Shown: in pieces, positions 27,001 to 39,000 of the stretch
How positions within the stretch are numbered: the first letter of the stretch is position 1
Layout of the letters: each line of letters starts with the position of its first letter
Assembly (NCBI RefSeq): GCF_964213995.1
Contig: NC_135823.1
Coordinates: 64,356,001-64,420,000 of the forward strand
Reading direction: 5' to 3'
DNA length: 64,000 nucleotides
DNA from: Mustelus asterias
Lineage: Eukaryota
Position numbers and translations under genes: made by a program
The notes under the pieces: generated by a model
Seen by the model: only the letters and a program-made list of their open reading frames with translations
What the model was told of the DNA's origin: nothing
The model's database searches: none

Positions 27001-30000
27001 CCATGGTGCTGAGAGGCAGCAGTGTTAACCACTGTGTTACCAGCTTGCTTCAGTCTAAGCATCTTCAATTTAGAATGTAGATTATACTGTACCCTAGAAA
27101 CTTACCAAATGTGCCTTGTGATTTGAACTGGATATTTGTGAGGGTTTTTACCCTATGGGGGTGTTTCAATCTCTTTGGAAGCCAGATACAGATCATTACA
27201 CAGCAAATGAGTTTGCATAGCAACAGTTGATGATTGGACCCCATTCAGTTAGTACAATGTGACTTGTGTAACATTACAAAATAACAAACATGCTTCCCTT
27301 CCCCACATCCGGTTATCCTTCTAGATGTAAATTTAATATCCGAATATTCTTTTTAACTATCTGGACCGAGTGAACGCTTTCACTCGAGCTTCATCTTTAG
27401 AAGTTTGACGGCACATTTATTTTAATCTCTGTTCACAACCTATGGTGTGACCTCTGCCAAATAATCATTACCGAGCAACCGAGACAGGGGAGTCTCCCTA
27501 ATGTGTGAAATCTTTGGGAAGCAACTTCAAAACTGAGCTCGTTGGTGTTTTAATCATGCTTTGTCTCAGTACCTCTATTTAGTTAAACTTGTTTGAATGT
27601 ATTTAACTCATCAAGCCTTTAAATATAACCGTCATCTGCCCCAATTTCCTCCTGAGGGTCAGAAAATCTTGAATCTAGACATCCATACAAAATGGAGAGT
27701 AGGGGTTAATTGATAAAAGCTGTGTTCGCATGAACCTAGATTAGGTCAACTGCCCTCACCGGTGAATCTTGTGCAACCAGGATTTGAAGTCGGTTGTAGA
27801 CTACAGGAGAGGTGATGGCCTACTGTATTATCGCTAGACTATTAATCCAGAAACTCAGCTAATGTTCTGGGGACCGGGATTCGAATTCCGCCACGGCATT
27901 TGAATTCAGTAAAAAGAAAATATCTGGAATTAAGAATCGACTGATGACCCATTGTCGATTGTTGGAAAAACCCATCTGGTTCACTAATGTCCTCCAGGGA
28001 AGGAAATCTGCCGTCCTTGCCTGGTCTGGCCTACACATGATCCCAGAGCCACAGCAATGTGGCTGACTCTCAACTGCCCTCGGGCAACTAGGGATGGGCA
28101 ATAAATGCTGGCCAGCCAGCGACGCCCATGTCCCATGAATTTTTTTAAAGTGATTTTTATACTGAGGTTACTGACTTTGATTGGAGAACGTAACCGAGAT
28201 AATGTATTTAGGTTGGTGCATTCGTGATCAGAATCATTGCGATACTAATGATTTATTAAAGCAGAACAGAGACCCCTCTGTCCCATTCCATGCTTCCTTC
28301 AAATGAATATACAGCTTTGCAGTAATTGAATTACCCAAAAGACTTGGAAGAAAAAGGTCTCGAGTGGAAAACGGTGAGCGCTATTATTGACAGCCTCGTT
28401 TATGGTAGTGGAAGCTGACCTGTTGGTAGCTTTCTGCCCAAAAGATGGGAGTGATAAATGGTTGCGAAAGTGTTGAACGTCCTTTGGTCCATTTCTTTCC
28501 GAAACACTGAATCATTGCAAAGCTGCTGTGTTTTCTTGTTGACTAGATTTCTATTAATAAACCTCGTCAGGGAGGGAGGGAATTTCTGGTGCAATTTTCC
28601 CACTCGTCTCGAATAGAAATCTTCATTCAGTTCTAGTATTGGAGTATGATTACTCGCCTTGCTCAGATTTGGTTTTTCTAATTGCAGCAAGTAAAGGACG
28701 ACCCTCACTTCCATCACTTTCTGCTCAGTCAGTCTGAGAAGGTAAGATGGTGCATTTAGTGTGCAGTCTAGTAGTGCAGTTCATTCCAGTAATAAGCAAA
28801 ATGCTAGGTAGCAGAAAACTTTGGTTTCCTTTCTAATTATGCTTCACCTTTTTACCCCATTTTATAGCTGCATTTTCCTAAATATGTTGCTGTTGTCTTT
28901 TGCCTTATTGGTGAGAAGGTCTTGGTTGACTGCCAGTGTGTTCAGCTAACTGAGGGTGCGCTTGCTGCAGACGGTCAACAAATGTGTTTCCTCAATTCAG
29001 GATACATTATCCTGGGGTATCCGGTGTCTGGTAACAATGGAAACTGATCCTACAGGCAGAAAGCAACTAGACTGACCCGTTACTGGGCCACAAAATATTA
29101 GCCCATCAAGACCTGGTGTTCTCACTTTTACTTAAGTATCCTGTTATTTGAGTAAAGTACAGACTTGATTGATTTTTAAAAAGCGGTTTAAAAGAATTAA
29201 TTTAAAATTGCATTATTTTACCAAATAACTGTTTTAGGGCTATTCGGCTTGAGACTAACCACAACTTCAGCGTTTAGCGCAGGGCAGATCAACCCAGAAA
29301 TACACAAGTTGTGATCTGTCACTGTTGCTCCATCATAGACTGTGCTGTGGGCCCCCACCCAGAGGTAACCTCACTGTCCCCTTGACACATAACTGAAATC
29401 AGTCCCTTTGCCCAGAAGTTCCCCTGTTCAGCGCTCTCGTTGCTGTCAGAAACAGGATTTAAGAAGTTGCACCTTTCTCTCAGTTGGGTGTAACCAGGAT
29501 TTTAACAACCATCTCAGTATTAACTTGCTGAGCAAAAGATCAGTTCATGAAAGCATTGTTTTACATCTGTGAGGTGTTGGTTAAAAATCTCCATTTTGGA
29601 TTAATTTTTCAGAATATTTCTGCCCTCAGCCCATGTGTATGTGCACATGTTTTATTCTGAATTTTTTAAGTGATTTGATTTTGGTGCTTTATGTTTCCTT
29701 GATAAGAGAATTTTTAAAAATGTGATTGGCTGCTTGGGACAGCTTGACGACAACTAACTCCGCACTTTTGAATCCCTATTGTATAATGTTGCCACGCATT
29801 GCATGGTGAGAGAATTCCCATTCTCGTCGCTGAGATTGCTAGACCTCTCGGCACGAATTCCAAGCTCAGTGTTCCTGCTTCAACACTAACTGCAAGCGCT
29901 GGGTCCAAATGTTCTTTGAAGATGAGAACCAAAAACCCCACGTATTTGACATAGATAGAATGCAAGACTGGGCGGAGAAGTGGCAGATGGACTTCAACCC

Positions 30001-33000
30001 GGATAAGTGTGTAGTGATCCATTTTGGCAGATCCAATGGGATGGAGCAGCAGTATAAAATGAAGGGTACCATTCTTAGCAGTGTAGAGGATCAGAAGGAC
30101 CTTGGGGTCCGGGTCCATAGGACTCTTAAATCGGCCTCGCAGGTGGAGGATGCGGTCAAGAAGGCGTACGGCGTACTAGCCTTCATTAATCGAGGGATTG
30201 AGTTTAGGAGTCGGGAGATAATGCTGCAGCTTTATAGGACCCTGGTTAGACCCCACTTGGAGTACTGCGCGCAGTTCTGGTCACCTCATTACAGGAAAGA
30301 TGTTGAAGCCATTGAAAGGGTGCAGAGGAGATTTACAAGGATGTTGCCTGGATTGGGGGGCATGCCTTATGAGGATAGGTTGAGGGAGCTTGGTCTCTTC
30401 TCCCTGGAGAGACGAAGGATGAGAGGTGACCTGATAGAGGTTTACAAGATGTTGAGGGGTCTGGATAGGGTGGACTCTCAGAGGCTATTTCCAAGGGCTG
30501 AAATGGTTGCTACGAGAGGACACAGGTTTAAGGTGCTGGGGGGTAGGTACAGGGGGGATGTCAGGGGTAAGTTTTTCACTCAGAGGGTGGTGGGTGAGTG
30601 GAATCGGCTGACGTCGGTGGTGGTGGAGGCAAACTCGTTGGGGTCTTTTAAGAGACTTCTGGATGAGTACATGGGATTTAATGGGATTGAGGGCTATAGA
30701 TAGGCCTAGAGGTGGGGATGTGATCGGCGCAACTTGTGGGCCGAAGGGCCTGTTTGTGCTGTGACTTTCTATGTTCTATGTTCTAAAACCAGAAATATGG
30801 GCCGGGATTTTCCGGCCGTTCACATTCTGCCACCGCTGCAAGCAAGGACGGAGAATTTGGTGCTCGGCCAAGTCTCCGTTCACCGCAGCCCGGCCAGCGA
30901 ATCCCACTGGCCTGAACAGCCGGCAAATTCCAGCCATAACTTTTCATCTAAAGCAGATGCTGATGAATGTTCGCTAAATATCTTTTGCATGTCGTATGAG
31001 GAATTGGTATAACAAAATCTTGTGTTTCCATCGGTCTCTCAGACTTCCTCCCCCAGTTACTTGATGGCAATAGTTGTGATAACTGTATTGCATGAAACAT
31101 GCTGGCTTCATGACACAATGCTATCAAGTCATTCAGTTTGCATGACTCTTTAAAGGTTGAAACTCCTCCTTCCCCTTCGTTCTTCGTTTCTGTGCACCCA
31201 GCATAGAATCATAGAATCACTGCAGTGCAGGAGGAGGCCGTTCCGCCCATCGAGCATGCACCGATGGCAATCCCACTCAGACCCTCTCCCCATAACCCCA
31301 CGTATTTAACCTGTTAGTTCCCCTGACATTAAGGGGCAGTTTAGCATGGCCAATCAACCCAACCCACACATCTTTGGATTGTGGGGGTTAAGAACTCGGG
31401 TAGGCAACCTCCTCTCAGGTAACCCTGAAATGCACTGCAATAATTGAAGTCCTATCCACAACATTGTGGCCGCAATCGGCAGTTCACCCTATATATGGGG
31501 ATGGCATGAATGTTGGAGCATAGCACATTGAACTGTCATTGTACATTCAGTATCAATGTGTTAATTGTCCCTTCTGATTCTATATATTCAAAGATCTGAC
31601 TGAACAGAGACCCATCTGAACTGTGGTTTTGAATATAGAATGGGTTACTTTGTAGTCTACAGAAGTAATTTAGCGTAAATGTAAAAAGTACTTGGAGTGC
31701 TTTTGTATTTGGGGAACTGAGAATATATTTTTTGTGTCTGCCTCGTTGTAGCTGTCAAATTAGCCCATCAGAAAGACCAAGCTGTCATTGATATGCCTCC
31801 AGATTTACTATTGGACCAAATAACTAGATGAAAGTCAAACATTTTAAAAAGTCTGTGACTTTGAAACCTACTATTTTTAGATTGCGGGTCATGCGACTCT
31901 CATGTTGTATTTTTCCAAGTTTTGAAATTCGCATGTGAATACTTAACACCTTGTGCTGTGTTCTTTTATAGTATTTGAAACTGGCATTAGCCCATTTAAG
32001 ATTAAAGATTTTATCGTTTGATTTATAAACAACACTAAAATTTACTAATTGTAAAGTATATAAACTTATCAGTTGCCTAGTGGCATTCTGTGAAAATAGT
32101 ATTTTTGCACTAAAATTGTCGCACTATATGCTTAGAAAACACAAAACAATTCTTAACGTGCAAACTGATTGCATTTTAAGCTCATGTATTTAAATTAGTG
32201 TCCAATGAAATTTATCAAATCTGATTAAGGAAGATTTCCCATTAGAAAATCTTTTAAAATCCCTTTTAAGCTGTAGTTCGTTCCAATTTTTTAAAGTTTA
32301 TTTATTAGTCACAAGTAAGGCTTACATTAACACTGCAATGAACATAGAACATAGAAAGTCACAGCACAAACAGGCCCTTCGGCCCACAAGTTGCGCCGAT
32401 CACATCCCCACCTCTAGGCCTATCTATAGCCCTCAATCCCATTAAATCCCATGTACTCATCCAGAAGTCTCTTAAAAGACCCCAACGAGTTTGCCTCCAC
32501 CACCACCGACGTCAGCCGATTCCACTCACCCACCACCCTCTGAGTGAAAAACTTACCCCTGACATCCCCCCTGTACCTACCCCCCAGCACCTTAAACCTG
32601 TGTCCTCTCGTAGCAACCATTTCAGCCCTTGGAAATAGCCTCTGAGAGTCCACCCTATCCAGACCCCTCAACATCTTGTAAACCTCTATCAGGTCACCTC
32701 TCATCCTTCGTCTCTCCAGGGAGAAGAGACCAAGCTCCCTCAACCTATCCTCATAAGGCATGCCCCCCAATCCAGGCAACATCCTTGTAAATCTCCTCTG
32801 CACCCTTTCAATGGCTTCAACATCTTTCCTGTAATGAGGTGACCAGAACTGCGCGCAGTACTCCAAGTGGGGTCTAACCAGGGTCCTATAAAGCTGCAGC
32901 ATTATCTCCCGACTCCTAAACTCAATCCCTCGATTAATGAAGGCTAGTACGCCATACGCCTTCTTGACCGCATCCTCCACCTGCGAGGCCGATTTAAGAG

Positions 33001-36000
33001 TCCTATGGACCCGGACCCCAAGGTCCTTCTGATCCTCTACACTGCTAAGAATGGTACCCTTCATTTTATACTGCTGCTCCATCCCATTGGATCTGCCAAA
33101 ATGGATCACTACACACTTATCCGGGTTGAAGTCCATCTGCCACTTCTCCGCCCAGTCTTGCATTCTATCTATGTCTCGCTGCAACTTCTGACATCCCTCC
33201 AAACTATCCACAACACCACCTACCTTGGTGTCGTCAGCAAACTTACCAACCCATCCCTCCACTTCCTCATCCAGGTCATTTATGAAAATGACAAACAGCA
33301 AGGGTCCCAGAACAGATCCCTGGGGCACTCCACTGGTCACTGACCTCCATGCAGAGAAAGACCCCTCCACAGCCACTCTCTGCCTTCTGCAGGCAAGCCA
33401 GTTCTGGATCCACAAGGCAACAGCCCCTTGGATCCCATGCCCTCTCACTTTCTCAAGAAGTCTTGCATGGGGGACCTTATCGAACGCTTTGCTGAAGTCC
33501 ATATAGACCACATCCACCGCTCTTCCTTCGTCAATGTGCTTGGTCACATTTTCAAAGAACTCAACCAGGCTCGTAAGGCACGACCTGCCCCTGACAAAGC
33601 CGTGCTGACTACTTTTGATCATACTAAACTTCTCTAGATGATCATAAATCCTGTCTCTCAGGATCCTCTCCATCAACTTACCAACCACTGAGGTTAGACT
33701 CACCGGTCGGTAATTTCCCGGGCTGTCCCTGTTCCCTTTCTTGAATATAGGGACCACATCCGCAATCCTCCAATCCTCCGGAACCTCTCCCGTCTCCATC
33801 GACGAAGTTACTGTGAAATTCCCCTGGTCGCCACACTCCGGCGCCTGTTCGGGTCAATGCACTTAACTTGCACGTCTTTCAGAATGTGGGAGGAAACCAC
33901 GCAGACACGGGGAGAACGTGCAAACTCCACACACAGTGACCCAAGCCAGGAATCAAACCCGGGTCCCTGGCGCTGAGAGGCAGCAGTGCTAATTACTGTG
34001 CTGCCAATTCTCTATTCTGATTTGGGTGATCTCGCCAATCAGGTTTTTTTTAAATATTGTGCCTAGTATAAGTGACTTGAGTTTGAATTTCTACTGTTCA
34101 GTGTTACCCCATTTCATTGCTATCAGGCCCATGGATCTTGGTGATAGTGCAGTCTGAACATGTAGCTATCTAATCTATTACTCCTTTTGTACTTGATGTA
34201 AAACACTGGGCAACAAAGAATCTTTGACATGGCAAAACAATAATTAGAATATATTTCATTTTGGAGAGGAGGGAGCTGGTGGTGGATTGAAAGAAATGTT
34301 CATAGAAAATAATTTTATTGCTCCCAATGGTTACAATAGCTATTGTCTTCCAGCATTTCCGTGTTGATTTTCTGAAAGTCATGCTAGTTTAAGAGATCAT
34401 CTTTAAATAATACATCTTTATGATTCCTGTGTTGTCAACTTAACATGTGGAGACCTGAAATACAAACCATATAAAGCTGTATGTTTCAGATTGTATCATC
34501 CAAATACATGTTGAAGTTCAAGTACTTGGCACCAAATTGTGTAGATTTATTTTCTATAGCACAGAAAAAGTAATTGGCTCCATTGTTATTCGTTAACAGT
34601 CAGAGTCGTGTTCTGCTATCATTCAAAAACTGAAGAGCACAGCAGAAGAGGTTGGTAACACGTTCATTCTTTTCCATTTTTAAATGTCCTTTGGAGTAAA
34701 GAAAAAGCATTAACTTGGTCAGTCTAAATTAAATCTCAATGTTACAGCACAAAAACATGTTTTTCACACAAGCGACCTAATCGTTCTCCTGCTCTTGATT
34801 TGATTTATTATTGTCACGCGTATTAGTATCCAGTGAGAAGTGTTGTTTATTGCGCGCTATACAGACAAAGCATACCGTTCATAGAGAAGGAAAGGAGAGA
34901 GTGCAGAATGTAGTGTTACAGTCATAGCTAAGGTGTAGAGAAAAATCAACTTAATACGAGGTAGGTCCATTCAAAAGTCTGACAGCAGCAGGGAAGGTGC
35001 TGTTCTTGAGTCGGTTGGCACGTGATTTCAGACTTTTGTATCTTTTTCCCGGTGGAAGAGAGTATGTCCAGAGTGCGTGGGGTCCTTGATTATGCTGGCT
35101 GCTTTTCCGAGGCAGCAGGAAGTGTAGACAGTGTCAATGGATGGGAGCCTGGTTTGCATGATGGACTGAGCTACGTTCACGACCTTTTGTAGTTCCTTGC
35201 GGTCTTGGGCAGAGCAGGAGCCATACCAGGCTGTGATACAACCAGAAAGGATGCTTTCTATGGTGCATCTGTAAACGTTGGTGAGAGTCGTAGCCGACAT
35301 GTCAAATTTCCTTCGTCTTCTGAGAAAGTAGAGGCGTTGGTGGGCTTTCTTAACTATAGTGTCGGCATGGAATAACCTTGCATGGTCCTCCTTTTCAAGC
35401 ATCTGTTTTCCCCTTGAGGAAAAAAGTTACGGACTTCAACAGTTTTACACCCTTCTGACATGTTGATCAAAGTCAGTCTGGTTTCAATCTTGCAATAAAA
35501 TTTGAATTCCCCGTTAATTCTTGCTGTGATTAACTAAAGATTCTCTTGAGCTTTCTCAGCCTGAGTAAAAATAACCATAACTTGTCAGATCTCTGCATAG
35601 GCTGTTTACATAAGGGGTTACACCCAGCAAGCACAGTGGCCCAGTGGTTAGCACTGCTGCCTCACAGCACCAGGGACCCAGTTTCAATTCCCCCGGCTTG
35701 GGTCACTGTGCAGAGTCTGCAAGTTCTCCCCGTGTCTGTGTGGGTTTCCTCTGGGTGCTCCGGTTTCCTCCCACAGTCCAAGGATGTGCAGGTTAGGTGG
35801 ATTGACCATGCTAGATTGCCCTTTAGTGTCGGGGATTAGCTGTGGTAAATGCATGGGGCTGTGGGGATAGGGTCTGGGTGGGATTGAGGTCAGTGCAGAG
35901 TCGATGAGCCAAATGGCTATGAACCCATGTTGTGTACCCTTATTGTCCTTTTTTTTCTATCATGGGAAGGTTGAACAGGCTGGGCCTGTATCTATTCAAC

Positions 36001-39000
36001 TTTAGAAGATTGAGAGGTGATCGTATTGAAACATACAAGCTCCTGAGGGGACTTGATAGCGTGGATGCTGAAAGAATGTTTCCCCGTTGGGAGAGGCTAG
36101 AACTAGGAGACTCTGTTTAAAAATAAGGGGTCTCCTATTTACCATGCAGATGAGAATTTTATTCGGAGGGCCGTGACTTTTTGGGACTCTGTTTCCCCAG
36201 AGAGCAGTGCAGGGTCATTGAATATCTTTGAAGGCAGAGGTGGGTAGATTCTTGACTAATAAGGACACCAAAGGTTATCGGGCATAGGCAGAATATGGAC
36301 TTGAGGCCACAATCAGCCATGGTTTTATTGAATTGGAGCAGGCTTGAGGGGCCCGATGGCCTATTCCAGCACCTAATTTGTAATGTGTGTAAAATTCTAC
36401 ACACTGATTTAATGTGTGCCAACTAACATCTACATGACCTCTGTATTCTGTTGGATCAAAACCAAGAATTCTACTTGCCTTATCGACTTCGTTATCAACT
36501 TTCAATGACCTACAATACTGGTATCCCTTTCTCCTGTAAGTCACACACCACCCGTACATTGATGGTGTATTTCCTTTCTGTGTTCCTCTTCAGTTGCTTA
36601 TTTTGCTGCATTGGAACTGCATCAGCCAGTTTGTTTCAGGCTGTCTGTGTCCTCTTTCAAAATTTGGTGTCATCAATATGTTTGATACAGTTTTGAAAAA
36701 GTGACCCAACATAGGCTTCTGAAATAGCATTTGCTCGGTCTTCGAGTGGCGAAACCGCCATTTGCAGTTGCCCGATGCCTCCATTCTCTATAATATGCCA
36801 TTCTCTTTGCCATGAAGATCTTGTGTGATACCTTACCAATTTTTGGAAAAAAAACATATCACTGCATTTTTTCATCTCCTATTTCAAAATCCTTTTGGGT
36901 TAGTCAAATGCAACCTGTCTTGGTTAGCACTGCTGCCTCACAGCTTCAGGGACCCAGGTTCGATTCCCGGCTTGGGTCACTGTCTGTGCGGAGTCTGCAC
37001 ATTCTCCCCGTGTCTGCGTGCGTTTCCCCCCACAATCTGAAAGACGTGCTGGTTAGTTGGATTGGCTGTGCTAAATTCTCCCTCAGTGTACCCGAACAGG
37101 CGCCAGAGTGTGGCGACTAGGGGACTTTCACAATAACTTCATTGCAGTGTTAATGTAAGCCTAGTTGTGACACTAATAAATAAATTTTTATCTATTTCGG
37201 CTGGCCTTGGTGTAACTCCTGTTTCTTCAAGTTCTTAGTCATTTCATCCCATATTTGTAGAACAGTAGTTTACCAAGAACTAAACTGAGGTAACTGGCCT
37301 ATAATTTCCATCTTATGAAGAGAATTGTCAGATTTGTCATCTTGCAGTCTCTGATACAATTTTCCTTGCTGTATAATTTTCAGCAGTCTTAATCTAACAT
37401 CACTCTTTATGGATCTTTGAATGTAAGCTGTTAGATCCTATTGATTTGTCTACCTTAAATTTGAGAAATTTAAGTGCATTTTATCTTCAAATGGCCCTTT
37501 CAATAATTGTTCCACATCCCACTGCTGGTTTAAAGTTTTGGTGTCACAAGTCGGAACACTGCAGTGAAGTTACTGTGAAAATCCCCTAGTTGCCACACTC
37601 CGGCGCCTGTTCGGGTACACTGAGGGAGAATTTAGCATGGCCAATGCATCTAACCAGACTGTGGGAGGAAACAGGAGCACCCGGAGGAAACCCATGCAGA
37701 CACTGGGCGAATGTGCAGACTCCGCACGGACAGTGACTCAAGTTGGGAATTGAACCCGGGTCCCTGGCGCTGTGAGGCAGCAGTGCTAGGCGCTGTGAGG
37801 CAGCAGTGCTAACCACTGCGCAGCCCATAATGTTGTTCTAAGCATATACTTGCTTTCTATCACAAGCTTGTCCCCTCGTCTAGGTGGGGAAAATTATTTA
37901 AGTCTACAATGTAATATATCAGTGCACATGATCCCTCCTTTTTAAGACCGTAAATAACCTGTCATATGATGGGCGAGCTAATGTCCTTCTTCACACACGA
38001 CTTGAAAGGTGGAAATTGAGGGTGATCCTCTTTAAGGGTTCTTCGTTGAAATCTCATCTTAATGTGAATGAACTGATCTTCTTTGATCTCCACAGGAAGC
38101 AGAATCAACATCCATCCAGGCTGCAGACAGTACAGCAACCAACGGCAGTGTGACTCCGACGGACAAAAGGTAAAGGCCTGAGAAAAAATATTAAATGTCA
38201 TGCTCCATTTGATAAAGTGATTGGGGTTGGGCCTTAATATCAAGATCGAACCTTTGCCAGCACGAGTGAAATCTCAAATGCCTGAAGTATCGTCGCTGAA
38301 AGTTTGTATTTGAAGGGATCTGCAAATGCTTACCTGGCCAACCTGTCAAATGTGTTCTGGCCACGTCGCTGACCCATGACTCCAAAGATGACCATCGAGA
38401 GCTTCACTGATCAACATAGCTGCAGAGGGAGATACATTTGGTCTTCTCACCATAACTGATTTTCCAATAAAGAGTTCAGATAGTCATTATGTTGATCACA
38501 TTAATTGATCATTGCATTGACAATGAGTCATGCTTCATTGATCAGTAATAAACATCTGGTAATTAAACGCTTTTTAAAAAAAAATGATCATATAACTAAA
38601 ATCCTGACAGAAGGATCCTTGCTTCTGAGTTTACAGATTTACCTGTGGGGCTTTTATTACAGTTTAATGTATTAAACAGTATAGGAAACCACAGGATCTT
38701 ATTCCTTGTCGTTGCTCAGTATAACTTAATGTGTTGGACTTTGCTGAGGTCGTGGCTTATTCATAGCATCATTGAACCCCTGCAGTGCAGAAGGAGGCCA
38801 TTTGGCCCATCGAGTCTGCACCGACCACAATCCCACCCAGGCCCTATCCCCATAACCCCATGCATTTACCCCAGCTACTCCCCCAGACATTAAGGAGCAA
38901 TTAAGCAAGGCCAATCCACCTAACCTGCACATCTTTGGATTCAGTCTGGCATTTGATCCCCTTTCCATTTGTGCAATAATTGAGGTAAGCCCACTTTATA

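Noticed and set aside
29909-29947. N-terminal [13 protein letters not shown] on the 264-aa ORF as a domesticated gene start
   Set aside because: Chance in-frame flank fused to a truncated CR1; homology begins at 29948
37766-37812. 23-bp tandem duplication ggcgctgtgaggcagcagtgcta inside a SINE head
   Set aside because: Ordinary local slippage duplication
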